A stretch of 64,000 nt of DNA, taken from assembly GCA_030390025.1 (NCBI GenBank), contig CM059439.1, forward strand, positions 66,898,001 to 66,962,000, given 5' to 3'. Source of the DNA: Squalus acanthias. Lineage: Eukaryota. The notes under the pieces are model-generated. The model did no database searches and had not been told where the DNA came from. It worked only from the letters and a program-made list of their open reading frames with translations. The stretch's first letter is position 1. Each line of letters starts with the position of its first letter. The position numbers were made by a program, and so were the translations under genes. This document shows positions 25,090-36,606 of this stretch, one piece after another.

Positions 25090-27180
25090 GCCTTGGTCGT
25101 CTTCTTAGTGGAGTTGGTTATATTCCTTATCTGGGTGCTCCATAGTTATGCCTTGTAGGACCACGATCAGGAAACGTTGGTGATTCTTGAGAATGTGGCT
25201 GAGCTGTTTTGTAGGATGTCCCCAGAGCTTTTTAGGGAACTGAAGCACTGCTTAATATGCCAATAGTTGTGCTCCAGGATACCTCGGGTAGCTGCATGCA
25301 TTCCATTGCACTTGTGTGTGGCAGCTGAATGTGGCTGGTGTAGAAGGAGTCGTGAACGAGGGTTCCAGACGGTAGCCTTGGTTTCTGGGGCTAACCGTGC
25401 GCTTTTCCCTGTGGGTCAAATAATGGAGATACAGTGGATTGCCTTAAAATAACAGCATTATGGCAGCCACCAGGGTAGCAGGCGTTCACCTGCACAACAT
25501 TGTGCTGAGGGTCGCATACAAGCTGCACACTGATGATGGGTTAATACTTTCCATTCATGAATGCACAACTCTTGTGTGCCATGGACGCCATCAATGGCAC
25601 CCTGGACTTTGGGGAATCATGCTAATTAAAAGAAGTGCTGTTGCCAGTTGACCATGGCGAAAGTGATGAAGTCACTAACGCCGGCAAACAATGCAAACCA
25701 TCTTCCTTTTTCCTCAACTGAGAATTCCCCTTTCCCGTGGTTGACGGGGCCCTTGACCGTGTCTGTTCCATTTCCTGCACTTCTGCTCTCACCCCTTCCC
25801 CTCCCTCCCAGAACCACGATAGGGTTCCCCTTGTCCTCACCTTTCACCCCACCAGCCTCCACATTCAACGGATCATCCTCCACCATTTCCGCCACCTCCA
25901 GCGTGATCCCACCACCAAACACATCTTCCCCTCACCTCCCCTTTCAGCATTCCGAAGGGACCGCTCCCTCCGCGACACCCTGGTTCTCTCCTCAATCACC
26001 TCCAACACCCCTTCCCCTTCCCATGGCACCTTCCCACGCAAGTGCAGGAGATGCAACACCTGTCCTTTTACCTCCTCCCTTCCCACTGTCCAGGGCCCCA
26101 AACACACTTTCCAGGTGAAACAGCGATTTACTTGTACTTCTTGCAATTTAGTATACTGTATTCGCTGCTCACGATGTGGTCTCCTCTACATTGGGGAGAC
26201 CAAACGCAGATTGGGTGACCGCTTTGCGGAACACCTCCGTTCAGTCCGTAAGCGTGACCCCGAGCTTCCGGTCGCCTGTCACTTTAATTCTCCGCTCCAC
26301 TCCCATTCTGACCTCTCCGTCCTCAGCCTTTTACACTGTTCCAACGAAGCTCAATGTAAGCTCGAGGAACAGCGCCTCATCTTTCGATTAGGCACTTTAC
26401 AGCCTTCTGGACTCAACATCAAGTTCAACAATTTCAGACTATAACCTCGGCCCCTATTTTTTTTTCACATGGCAGCTGTTGATGATTCTGCCATTGCCAT
26501 TTACACCTCTTCCAGACTCATCTTTTGTTTCTTAACTTGTTCCATTACCATCTCCTTTTGCCTTGCACCATCATCCCTTTTGTCTTTTAATCTCTCCTGC
26601 CTTCCACCCTTCCCTTTTGTTCTTTCCTCCCCTCCCCCTTTCCCTGCCCCTGCACTTGCTTAAAAACCTGTTACATCTCTAACTTTTTCCAGTTCTGACG
26701 AAGGGTCATCGACCTGAAATGTTAATTCTGTTTCTCTCTCCACAGACACTGCCTGACCTGCTGAGTGTTTCCAGCATTTTCTGTTTTTAATGTAAACCAT
26801 ACATGTGCGCTACAGATTGGCTGATGTTGTTGGCATCCTCGGTTGCAGCCTGGGATGAGCCTGAGGCATAAAAGGTCAGGGGGTTAAAGTGACTGCGGAA
26901 GCCAGTGGCGGTACGGTGGCCGTGGTGAAGCTTGGTTTAAGCTCCGATTCCGGCATGTCCCATACGTCTGGCACCTTCCCCCTGGAGAATCTTCGTCTAT
27001 GAGGACAGAGGTCCTCAGAAAAATCAATGTAAGCCTGCCTCAATCTGTGTACATGGAAGGGAGCGGAATGGCAGGTGATGGGAGTCCTCTTCTGGTGCAA
27101 ACGCACCGGCCTGACATGATCCCTCTGTTGCTTTTCCTCTTCTTCATCCAGAATTCAGGGATTCCCATTGGGACACCCAT
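25090..27180 (-). pseudogene. Decayed Harbinger transposase, interrupted by a Penelope element
   Basis: FPKVQGAIDG and SVQLVCD motifs at about 25510-25620. N-terminal part (PLASAVTLT-like) at 26800-27180. Confidence 0.7.
25702..26788 (+). mobile_element. Penelope-like retroelement, 5'-truncated, with GIY-YIG endonuclease
   Basis: ORF 25737-26444: PLVLTFHP, CRRCNTC, NLVYCIRCSRCGLLYIGETKRRLGDRFAEH, PSGLN. TSD AATGCAAACCAT / AATGTAAACCAT. Mutated hammerhead at 26691-26727. Confidence 0.93.
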
Positions 27181-27968
27181 GGTTCTGACTTTTTCAGAAA
27201 AAGATATAAAATGGTAGTGCCAAAATTCTTAGCACAAAATCTTTTAAACATTCAACTACAATAACATGCATCTATAGTACATCTAACGCAGAAAAAACAT
27301 GGCTAACTTCAGCCCTTTTCCTCCTCTCTATTGGGGGCTTTTTTGCATTTGAATTGATGACAATGCTTCAAACAAATCAGAAGTATAGTAATATGATATG
27401 AGGAGTGACACAAATAGAGCAACAGAAACTGAAAATATTTGGGCAACAGGATTCCTCAGTTTGATCAGCTGTCCTTGTTGTTTAGGGACTGTGTTTGCGG
27501 ATCGAGAGGTACACATAGTATAGATAACCAAATCTTACAACGGACAGATGTGGAGCTTGGAGTTTAAACATTTCAAACTAACCCAAACTTTTTTTTCCCT
27601 TGAAAGATTAATTTGCCAGCAGAAACGAGGACTCCAGAGCTCGATGGGAAACTGTGTTCAGAGTGATACATCATAGCCTGTAAAGGTAAATCACCAGGAC
27701 AGTATTAACAGCAATCCAGCTGAGGTCTGAGGTTCACTCAATTCTCCTGCTTATACTGGAGCCAGTTGTCAACGCTTGATAGATGTGCTTGAGTGTAGTT
27801 AAAGGGGCATTGCAATCTGGTTGGGAAGGTGAGAAATTGTGATATGAGGGAGAAGGGGAAGGTTCCGCAGAAAAAAATAGAAGTAAAATACTTGAAAGAA
27901 AAACAAAGAATAAAACAAGAGAGCAGTGACCAGAAAGCCTTTTGCTAAACAGCTAAGAAAGAGATAAT

Positions 27969-28752
27969 GGGCAGAATTTGCGGTCGGTATGCTGATGTAC
28001 TCTCAGAGTACGCTGTCATACTGCCTTTGAAATGGACAGCAAGTTCAGGATTTCCGCATGCGCTTGTGCATGCACTAAATCCCAAACTTGCGATCTGTCA
28101 AGTTCCGACTTGACAGATCACCTGCTCCGACTGTATTGTCCTCATCACTGGCGCAGAGTTGGACTAATTGCCCACCAACCGTCCAGCAATTACGCATGAA
28201 AATTTTACGGCTGGTGCAAACAGGCGCAGGAGCCTGTTTGGACAGTGTAAGGGGGCACCCATCATGATAAAAAATCTTCATCTGATGCTTTGTTGTTTAA
28301 ATTACTATAAATATGTTTGCCCTTTACACTGAGCCTGCCTGAGGGATTAGCAAACCCCCAAAAGTTCAGTTGAATATTATCCGAATGTACATCTCTGCTT
28401 GAATAAAATAATTAAGCAGCCTGTAGTGTAGTGTGATTGCTTCTGGTCTATTGATAATTTTCCCCAAAATTAATTTCTAATTCTAAGAATGTAAATCCAG
28501 ACTGCGGTGAGTGAGAGACTGGGGGTGACTGAGAGACCTTCTGTTTCCTGATTGGAGCACCGCCCCACGTGATCCCAGGCACGCTTACGCACGTGGTGCG
28601 CCTCTGGGATCCGTGGGCCACTATGCTGAGTGCAACTCCACAGCGTCTGACAGCAACTTCTCGAAGGAGGGCTCCCAGCACGTAAGTGCGCATCCTGTTC
28701 GGAGGTCGGCGGTGTACTCCGTAGCTACGTCATCGACCACAATTTCAGGGCC
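27969..28752. mobile_element. Harbinger-type MITE, family 2
   Basis: Ends GGGCAGAATTTG / CAATTTCAGGGCC. Shares GAGTACGC, CGCATGCGC and CACGTGATCCCA with 55476; AT-rich middle. Confidence 0.7.
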
Positions 28753-29400
28753 ATTGTTACATTAGATTAGGTATTTCACAAAGGCTTCACTATGTGCTGT
28801 CCCAATCCAGTTTATCGTATCTGCTTGTTTAAATGCAAATTCAGATGTACGCACAGTATTTCAGTTCCTAAGGTAAGACATTTCCCTTGAGTTAGTTTAA
28901 GTTGTTGATGAGCTGGTTACCTCGTCACTCTTTTTTGGTCGTCGGCTCAGATAATTTCTGAATCTTGCTGTGCACCGTGATAACGATTGGCTGATATTTA
29001 AACAACAATCCGCGATTAAATTAAACACGTAAAGTTAGCTAGTTCTGTAACGCTCGGTGCTCCAGAACAACGAGAATTTAACCGAACAGTTCTAGTGAAT
29101 GCCAACGTCAAACTGAGGCCTATCTGTGAGAAAATACAGAGAATGTTTAGAGGTTCCATGGGAACCAGGAGCTGTCTGAGAGCAGGTGGTCCATGTACCT
29201 GTGATATTGGGTCAGTTGCTCATTATGCATCTCGTCCGATTTTCATCCAATGAGAGATGTATAACAGATGTCTGAGCCAATATTGCCTGTTTTCCTCTAT
29301 CGTCCAAAGTCAAAATTACCCCCATTGAGTGCACCACCTCGAATGGAAGCTAAGGTCAGACAATAGTGTGTTTAATGAAGCTGACACAAACATTACCAAC

Positions 29401-29631
29401 CTTTCCTGTTCATGCCCATTTGCAAGCACTTCATCAGCCGGCAGTACTGGCATTGGTTCCGCTGCTTTCGTGTCATGGTGCAGTTCTTGTTCCGACTGCA
29501 TTTGTAAATCCGCTTATTAAATATGCTTCGCTTGAAGAATCCTTTGCACCCTTCACAGGAGGTAATTCCGTAATGTAATCCTGTAGCTCTGTCACCACAG
29601 ATTAGGCAGACTCGTCTGTCTGAGCAATCAC
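29401..29631 (-). CDS. NR6A/GCNF-type nuclear receptor DNA-binding-domain exon (both C4 zinc fingers)
   Basis: gttttacAG|GT...AAAG|GTtggt, 231 nt, phase 1-1, open: [97 protein letters not shown] and a single-exon DBD are NR6A hallmarks. Symbol withheld because orthology is unresolved. Confidence 0.96.
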
Positions 29632-29879
29632 CTGTAAAACAAAAATAACATATTAAATCTTACTTCAAATTAAATTGTTTTGATTTTATAATGGATTCAC
29701 TTGGATTTTTCAAGGGATGAGGAAGGCAATAGAAATGTGATGTCATTGCATATTCATATTTGTCCATAACTGTTAGAGTGTTGTACAGTTCCAGTAATCA
29801 GTTTCAGTTATACTCTCCACTGCAGTGTATATACTCATTACATATCTAATATGTCCAATTAATTTCTGCTATCAACTAA

Positions 29880-30200
29880 AAAGAAAGACTTGCATTTATA
29901 TAGTGCCTCAATGACCTCAGAATGTGCCAAAGTGCTTTACAGTCAATGAAAACTTTTGAAGTGTAGTCACTGTTGTAATGTAGGAAACGCGGCAGCCAAT
30001 TTTATGCACAGCAAGGTCCCACAAACAGCAATGAGATGATGACCTGATAATCTGTTTTAGTGATGTTAATTGAGGGATAAATATTGGCCAGGATACCGGG
30101 GCGAACTCCCCTGCTCTTCTTCAAATAGTGCTATCGGATCTTTTAGCTCCACCAGAGAGGGCAGACAGGGCCTGGGTTTAACGTCTCATCTAAAAGCATA
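29880..30200 (-). mobile_element. Deu-domain SINE, partial
   Basis: GAGGGATAAATATTGGCCAGGA...AACTCCCCTGCTCTTCTTCAAATAGTG core and L2-like tail. Confidence 0.75.
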
Positions 30201-31274
30201 GACCAGCTAAATTAAAGAAGAAAGAAAGAAAGACTTGCATTTATATAGTGCCTTTTGCGACCTCAGGACATCTCAAAATGCTTTACAGCCAATGAAGTAC
30301 ATTTGATTACACATCAAACTTAATGCAGATTGAAGTCCGAAGCTAACAGACTGTGTCCTTATCTCTGAGCCATTGATAGAGCCACTCAGATTACGTTTTT
30401 AAACCAAATTAAGTGATTCTCGTTTCAAATGAAGGCAAGTTGATGGGTCTGTATAATACACATCATTTATGGCTCCTTCCTTAATATAGAAACTGTGTTT
30501 GAAACACATCTTCACTTAGCACACACTAATTTATGGTTCCCAAAGACAGCCTCTAGAGTTTTTATTTAAGTGTCTCATCTTGCTCTGCTGGGGAAAAGCA
30601 TTCAGGCTAATCTGAGTTTCAAATGTTTAAATTCCATATAATCTGAAAACAAAATTAGTTGATGTACGAGTTGGGAGAACCTCAAATACCCACCAGGGAA
30701 CTTGGATGTCAGAGACCCCAGTAAACCTTCTCCTTCTCCACCCTCCCCTGAAAAAAAGTATTTTACATTTCTTTACAAAATATTTAAAAAATATATATTT
30801 TATTTGCTGAAAATGTGGAAATCAAAAGCAGGCAATGAGCTAGATGAGCTTTGATCACTCTTATTTTCTGATGTGGTTGTTCATTTATACAAAGTTATTA
30901 AATATTAGTGGAAACTTTCAAATAAAACATCTGGAGGAAGCACAACATTTAGGGAGTTGTGATGACTTCTTCCTCAACCTCTCACAGGGAGTGTCACTTA
31001 GGGAGCAGTCCAACACCCCAAACTACAAGTAGGACAATCTCAAAACTCTTACTGCCCTAGTGGAGTGGATACGTAATAATATCATTACATGCTTTCCTTT
31101 GCAACACTGCCACAAGTATTTCTTTTCACAAAGAGCCCTCCACCTCTGGAATGAGTTGCCAGTGCATGCAGTGAGTGTGGGCTCACTCCAGACCGTCAAA
31201 AGGGAGCTGGATGAGTTCCTGCAAGTGGAAGACATCTTGAATTACAGAAGATAGGTGAATTAACTTGGACTAAA

Positions 31275-31703
31275 AAGAAAGAAAGACTTGCATTTATATA
31301 GCGCCTTTCACGACCACTGGAAGTCCCAAAGCGCTTTACAGGGAAATGTGGCAGCCAATTTGCGCACAGCAAGCTCCCACAAACAGCAATATGATAATGA
31401 CCAGATAATCTGTTTTTGTCATGTTGATTGAGGGATAAATATTGGCCAGGACACCGGGGGATAACTCCCCTGCTCTTCTTCAAAATAGTGCCATGGGATC
31501 ATTTACGTCCAACTGAGAGAGCAGATGGGACCTCGGTTTAACATCTCATCCGAAAGACGGCACCTCCAACAGTGCAGCACTCCCTCAGTACTGCACTGGA
31601 GTGTCAGCCTAGATTTTTTTGTGCTCAAGTCTCTGGAACAGGACTGTGAACCCACAACCTTCTGACTCAGAGGCAAGGGTGCTACCCACTGAGCCACAGC
31701 TGA
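31275..31703 (-). mobile_element. tRNA-headed Deu-domain SINE (SacSINE-like), near full length
   Basis: Minus-strand head GTGGCTCAGTGGGTAGCAC (A box), Deu core and L2-like 3' tail. Confidence 0.82.
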
Positions 31704-31959
31704 CTAGTGATGCCAGTCACCATGGTATGCTGCAATTTGCTTGATTTCATTTGGGGGAGAGGTCGGAGTTTTTTCCTAAATTGGCCTAACGTTTTTTCTC
31801 TGTTTCTTTTGCCTCTCCCAGGAGATTTCATGACTGCGCGATGGCAGGTGGGAGGTGCGTGCAGGTTGCACCATGTCGGGACAGGACAGCCTTGATGGAG
31901 CAAGTTATCTTCTGCTGTCCTCTTTCATATGTGGAATGTTGAGTCTACTAAGCCCCTTA

Positions 31960-33660
31960 GCTCTCCTTAGCTATTGCAACACCATTCATGGTGAATGTAT
32001 GTCATCTATTTTTCTGTGTTATGTGCAGTACCTTGTACTTGTCTGCATTAAACTTCATCTACCATTTTTCTGCCAACTTATATATTTTGTCCAACTCATT
32101 CTGTAATTTCTGTGCTGCCACCCCTGATTCCACTTCCCCTCCTGGATTTATACCATCTGCATATTTGACCCATTTGAGTTTTTGAATATAAGTCATTGAT
32201 GTTAATTAGAAACAATCCCAATACTGAGCCCTGGGCTACCCCACTTAGTACCTCCCTCTGTCCCAACATAACCCCTCTAACAAGTGCATGCTGATTTCTA
32301 CTCTTCAGCCATTTTCTTATCCATACCCAAGTTTTGCTCTGACTCCCCACAGTTTTGAGCTTGATTAATAGCCTTTCATGTGGAACTTTGTCAAATGCCT
32401 TTTAGAAGTCTAGGTACAACACATTGTAGGGCTCTCTGCAGAGTTTACATGGTATAGCACTTCTTCAAAGAGGTCAAGGAAGTTGGTCAGGCAGAATTTT
32501 CCCATTCTGAACCTGTGCTGATAATCCTCAGATAATCCTCAAATTATCTTTTGATATTCAATTTCATATGGGATTGAAGTAAGACTAATGGGCATGTAAT
32601 TGTCTGTTTGGTCACCCTTTTTGAATAGAGGCACCATGTTGGTCTATTTCCAATCTACTAGCACCTCCATAGTGTCAAGTGACTCCCTCATAATGATTGA
32701 AAGTGCCTTGGAAATCTCTTTTCTAGTTTCTCTTAGCATTCTGGGATAAACAGCATCTATCTCTGGGGATTTATTGGTTTTGAGCCCTTTTCAACTGTCT
32801 AGGACTTCCATCTCATACATACCAAAGTCAGTCAATTTGCCGAGGTTATTTCTGTTTGGGGAGGGCATGTTGCTCATATTTTCACTTGTGAATACCTGGA
32901 GAAAGCAAACACTATGAATGTTTACTATCTAATGCTGATGTTCTGTTCCCAGCTGGTTAGCATCTTTCATGGCTTTCCCCTCTTTACTGACTATTCTCTT
33001 ACTGCTGAAGAACGGAAAGCATTTCTTATTGTTATATGTTTGCCTCCACAGCTATGTTTTTTTTCCAGGTCTCTCTTTACCCCACTGAACACCCTTTTAA
33101 CATTTTTCAGCCTGTTCTTATATTGATCCTATGAGCCCTTTCCTCTTTCTACCTATAGGATTTGCAGAGGACCATATTCCCTCTTGATTTCACTTTTGAT
33201 TGTTTGTTAATCCATTTAGGGTCACGTTTGTTTAGTCTGCGCTTGCTGATTCTAGGTATGTATTTATTGTCCTTTAAAGGTGTTCCACTTGACCTCTACT
33301 GAAGGGTTATGGAACCTCCTCCAATCTGTTTGCTTGAGTTGATCCCTTATTTCTTGAAAGTTATCCCTTTTAAACTTATCTACCTGGTCCTCATTTGAGC
33401 AATTTCGAATCCCACATCATTATGAATTTAATTTTTCTGTAGTTGCTGTCCCCTCGGGATGCCATGGCCTCCATTTTCTGTACAATATCTGTGTAATATT
33501 AAGTACAAGGTCAAGATAAGCACTGGCTGTCATGGCTTTGCTTACACGCCGTGTCATAAAGCAATCATGCATTACATTTACCAACTCTGACTCTGAACCA
33601 CTTTGGTTTTCCCAATTTATATTTGATTGATTGAAGTCGCCCATTAAAACAGCCCACCTT
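31960..33660 (-). mobile_element. Old degraded CR1 (endonuclease to RT)
   Basis: MGDFNQSNINW, LDLVL, WIRKWLKSRNQ, SGVAQGSVLG; many stops. Confidence 0.8.
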
Positions 33661-34800
33661 TCCTATCTCCTCATAGGGCAAACTGTCTTCCTTCTCATTC
33701 TTCCCTGCTGGTCTGTAGGGAAGCTCGTGGTGATATTTAAAATAACACTGTACATATACAAACCAATAAGTGCCTCTTGATCATGCATAGTGTCATTTTG
33801 TTTCAAAGGTAAGGTGATTCCAAATGGATCTAAGTTCAGCCCAAGTGCAGATTTTGTTTTGAAATAGCAAATGTTTACCCAAATTGAAATCAATTTAGAT
33901 TTAGACTCCTGCCCTGGCATCTGTCCATAGTTTGTATATACAATATATATTTAAGTAGCAGATTAATTACCCTATTTTTTTTTACATACGTGTCATTTCA
34001 TTGTCTATCCCATTATTGGCAAAGTAGAAGGTTTAAATTGATGTAAACTCTTCAAATATAAATAAGGATTTGTGCCAGTGTCAGTTTTATTTGTAGTCTT
34101 CCTCTTATTTCCACATCCCAAATCCTTTGTATAAAATGTTCTGCTGTCAATTATATGTCAAAGGATAGTCCTCTGTATTGTGAGACAATGGGATGTTAAT
34201 GAGGTTGGTGGGAGCTGGCATCAATCATATCCACCTTTCTGTTAGACATGCTCCTCGCACTGAAGCTTCTCTGCTCAAATTCACGACTACTGTGCAAGGA
34301 TTCCCACAAAAGGTAAGTTATCTAAATGGAAAAATATAATCTCAAGAAATCCCTACAACTTAAAAGCTTTCCTCATCTCACAAAGCCAGGCTGCTTCCAC
34401 ATGCTGAAGTGTGCATGTGACGAGAGCAATGATAACATATATTCAATTGGATCAAAGTAACAAATATTGGAATCTGGAATCTGGAACCAGCACATTCTGT
34501 CAGTTCATAGGTAACAGATGTAGATTCTAGTTTTGATAGTGGAGAAACATGTACCGTATAAAAGGAAAGCAAACTTCCAGACATCAAATTTAGAATCACC
34601 AAATCTTTCATGTAAATCTGTTCCGAATTGTAGTTCAAAAACATTTCAGATGCAGACAAGATGTAACTGATCTGAAAGGGCATGTAAAATGTTCTTTCTG
34701 TCCTGTGATCCTTCCTCATAACAAACATATGTACATATGCCAACTGAATGCAAAGGTTAACCATTTTTTTAATCCTAGTCGAATGGGAGGTTCTGTTATC

Positions 34801-36554
34801 TGTAGTTGTAAAGGAAATAGCCATATTCCAAAAGATACACCATCCTATGAACAGATTTCTGATATTATTAATACATGACATACTGGGTTTAAAAGTCTGG
34901 AAAGCCTCGGCGACACAGGTTGCAAACAGAATACAGGCTTTTGAGATAAGAACAGTTGATAACAAAAGCTGTAAACACCAAACAAGCTTTGAAATGGGAA
35001 TTGGTTTGTAAATACAAAGACAAAGGCCTTATTGGAAAAGCAAAGGCTTGCTTCCGAGATGTCCGTAGTTTGGAACCAAAACAATACCATTACCCAGGTC
35101 GAACAGGTGCACAGAACATTAAAAAAACAAGTGCCTTTGAAAAAATGACATGAAGTAAAAGAAATACCTGCCGTAAAATAGTTTTATGTTAAACTTAGAA
35201 GAACAAGGAGACATGATTCTTAATACAACCAATTGAAGTAAATAAGAAATGCAAAGAACACCCTAGATGAAGTGTTTTTGATTTACAAGTTGTAAAAGGT
35301 ACAAATAGGCAGGCTTTGAAGATATATCAATAGATGACACCAAGCAATCACATTGTGTTTGTATTGAAAATGGAATAGTTAGGAGACACGACGTCTGCTA
35401 ACAAGCAGTTAAGGTGATATAAAGAATTGAAATGAAAGACTTCCTAAGAATAGCATCAAATAGATAAATCGATAATAACCATAAAAATGATAAGTTTTTG
35501 AAACACCTATACAGCAGACAGGATTCTAAAAGTTGGCAGCTGAAATGACAGTAAGAATAGAAAAGAATTCAATAGAGAATGACTAGAGATAATTAGCTTA
35601 CATCAGCAGAAAACGTCAAAGAATATACCACTAAAAAAAGGTACAAAAATAGAGCTTTTCAGATAGAGAGTCAGAAGTCGCTGGGAAGGGACAGAGCGAT
35701 TCTCGCCTTCAGAACCACTCTGTAGGCCTACAACTCTGAGTCTCGGGTAATCAAGGTATTTGATTTTGGTGGATATTCTGGATTAATAATAAGTAGAAGT
35801 GTGGAAATGTAACGAAGTTAAGATTTGAGAATAAGGATCTCTGATAAGAAATGTAAGCTATTTGTATTTTGAACGGTTAAAGTTGCGATTGCCATACCAG
35901 CTGTTAACTAAATGTCGGTTCTTTAATAAATCTATATATTTTAAAAATTGTCTCACAGAGTAATTTCTTTATCAATCTCGCGAACTCAATTTCTGTACAC
36001 TCTTCAGAGAGGAGTTGCAATATTCTGGGGGGGTTTCCGGACCCTCATAATGTCCGGAAGGTTACAGTCTAGTCAAACTTGTTAAAAGTGCTATCCGGAG
36101 GACGGTAACATCTTCAGGCCATTCCTTTCCTTTAGGGAGAGATAGTCTGAACCTTTAGACCCAATTAAGCATCTCTAGGATTCGGCTACCGCTAACTTTA
36201 GTTGAAGGTGAACGTCTGGGGAATACGCCTGATCTGGGGTAGCCCGAAAAGGGCTAGGACTTGTAATTATCCCTTCATAGTGGTGCTAAAAGGTTTGGCT
36301 AGGATCACCAGTCTTATATCGTAACTGTCAGTTAATAAAGGATTTGCGTAAATGTGACTGAGGTCGCTGGAGAAGTCCTGATGTTGTGGACTATATAATC
36401 TGGGGGTGGTAGCTTGACCATATCTAAGGTGTTTCTTATTGACTGTGTAACCTACTGTGAGAAATACAAACAATAAGCTATTTTCTTGTGTCTGCAAAGC
36501 ACATTTTTTTGTCGAAGGGTCACTATAGATTGCAGAGAGATCCCATTTGCTACA
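34801..36554 (+). mobile_element. Long LTR-like segment, boundaries uncertain
   Basis: A-rich U3-like 5' half, AATAAA near 35925, then a GC-richer U5-like stretch. TGTAG...CTACA ends, or an alternative end at 36420 giving a TATC 4-bp duplication. Confidence 0.45.
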
Positions 36555-36606
36555 TTTATGTTATTAGGTCTGTCCAGATCTGAGTATTTCTGGGCAATCA
36601 TTCACA

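Noticed and set aside
29316-29578. Track ORFs overlapping the DBD exon
   Set aside because: Wrong frame or strand. The real frame is bounded by splice sites.
34378-34965. 195-aa minus-strand ORF
   Set aside because: No recognisable motif; probably a by-product of the A-rich opposite strand.
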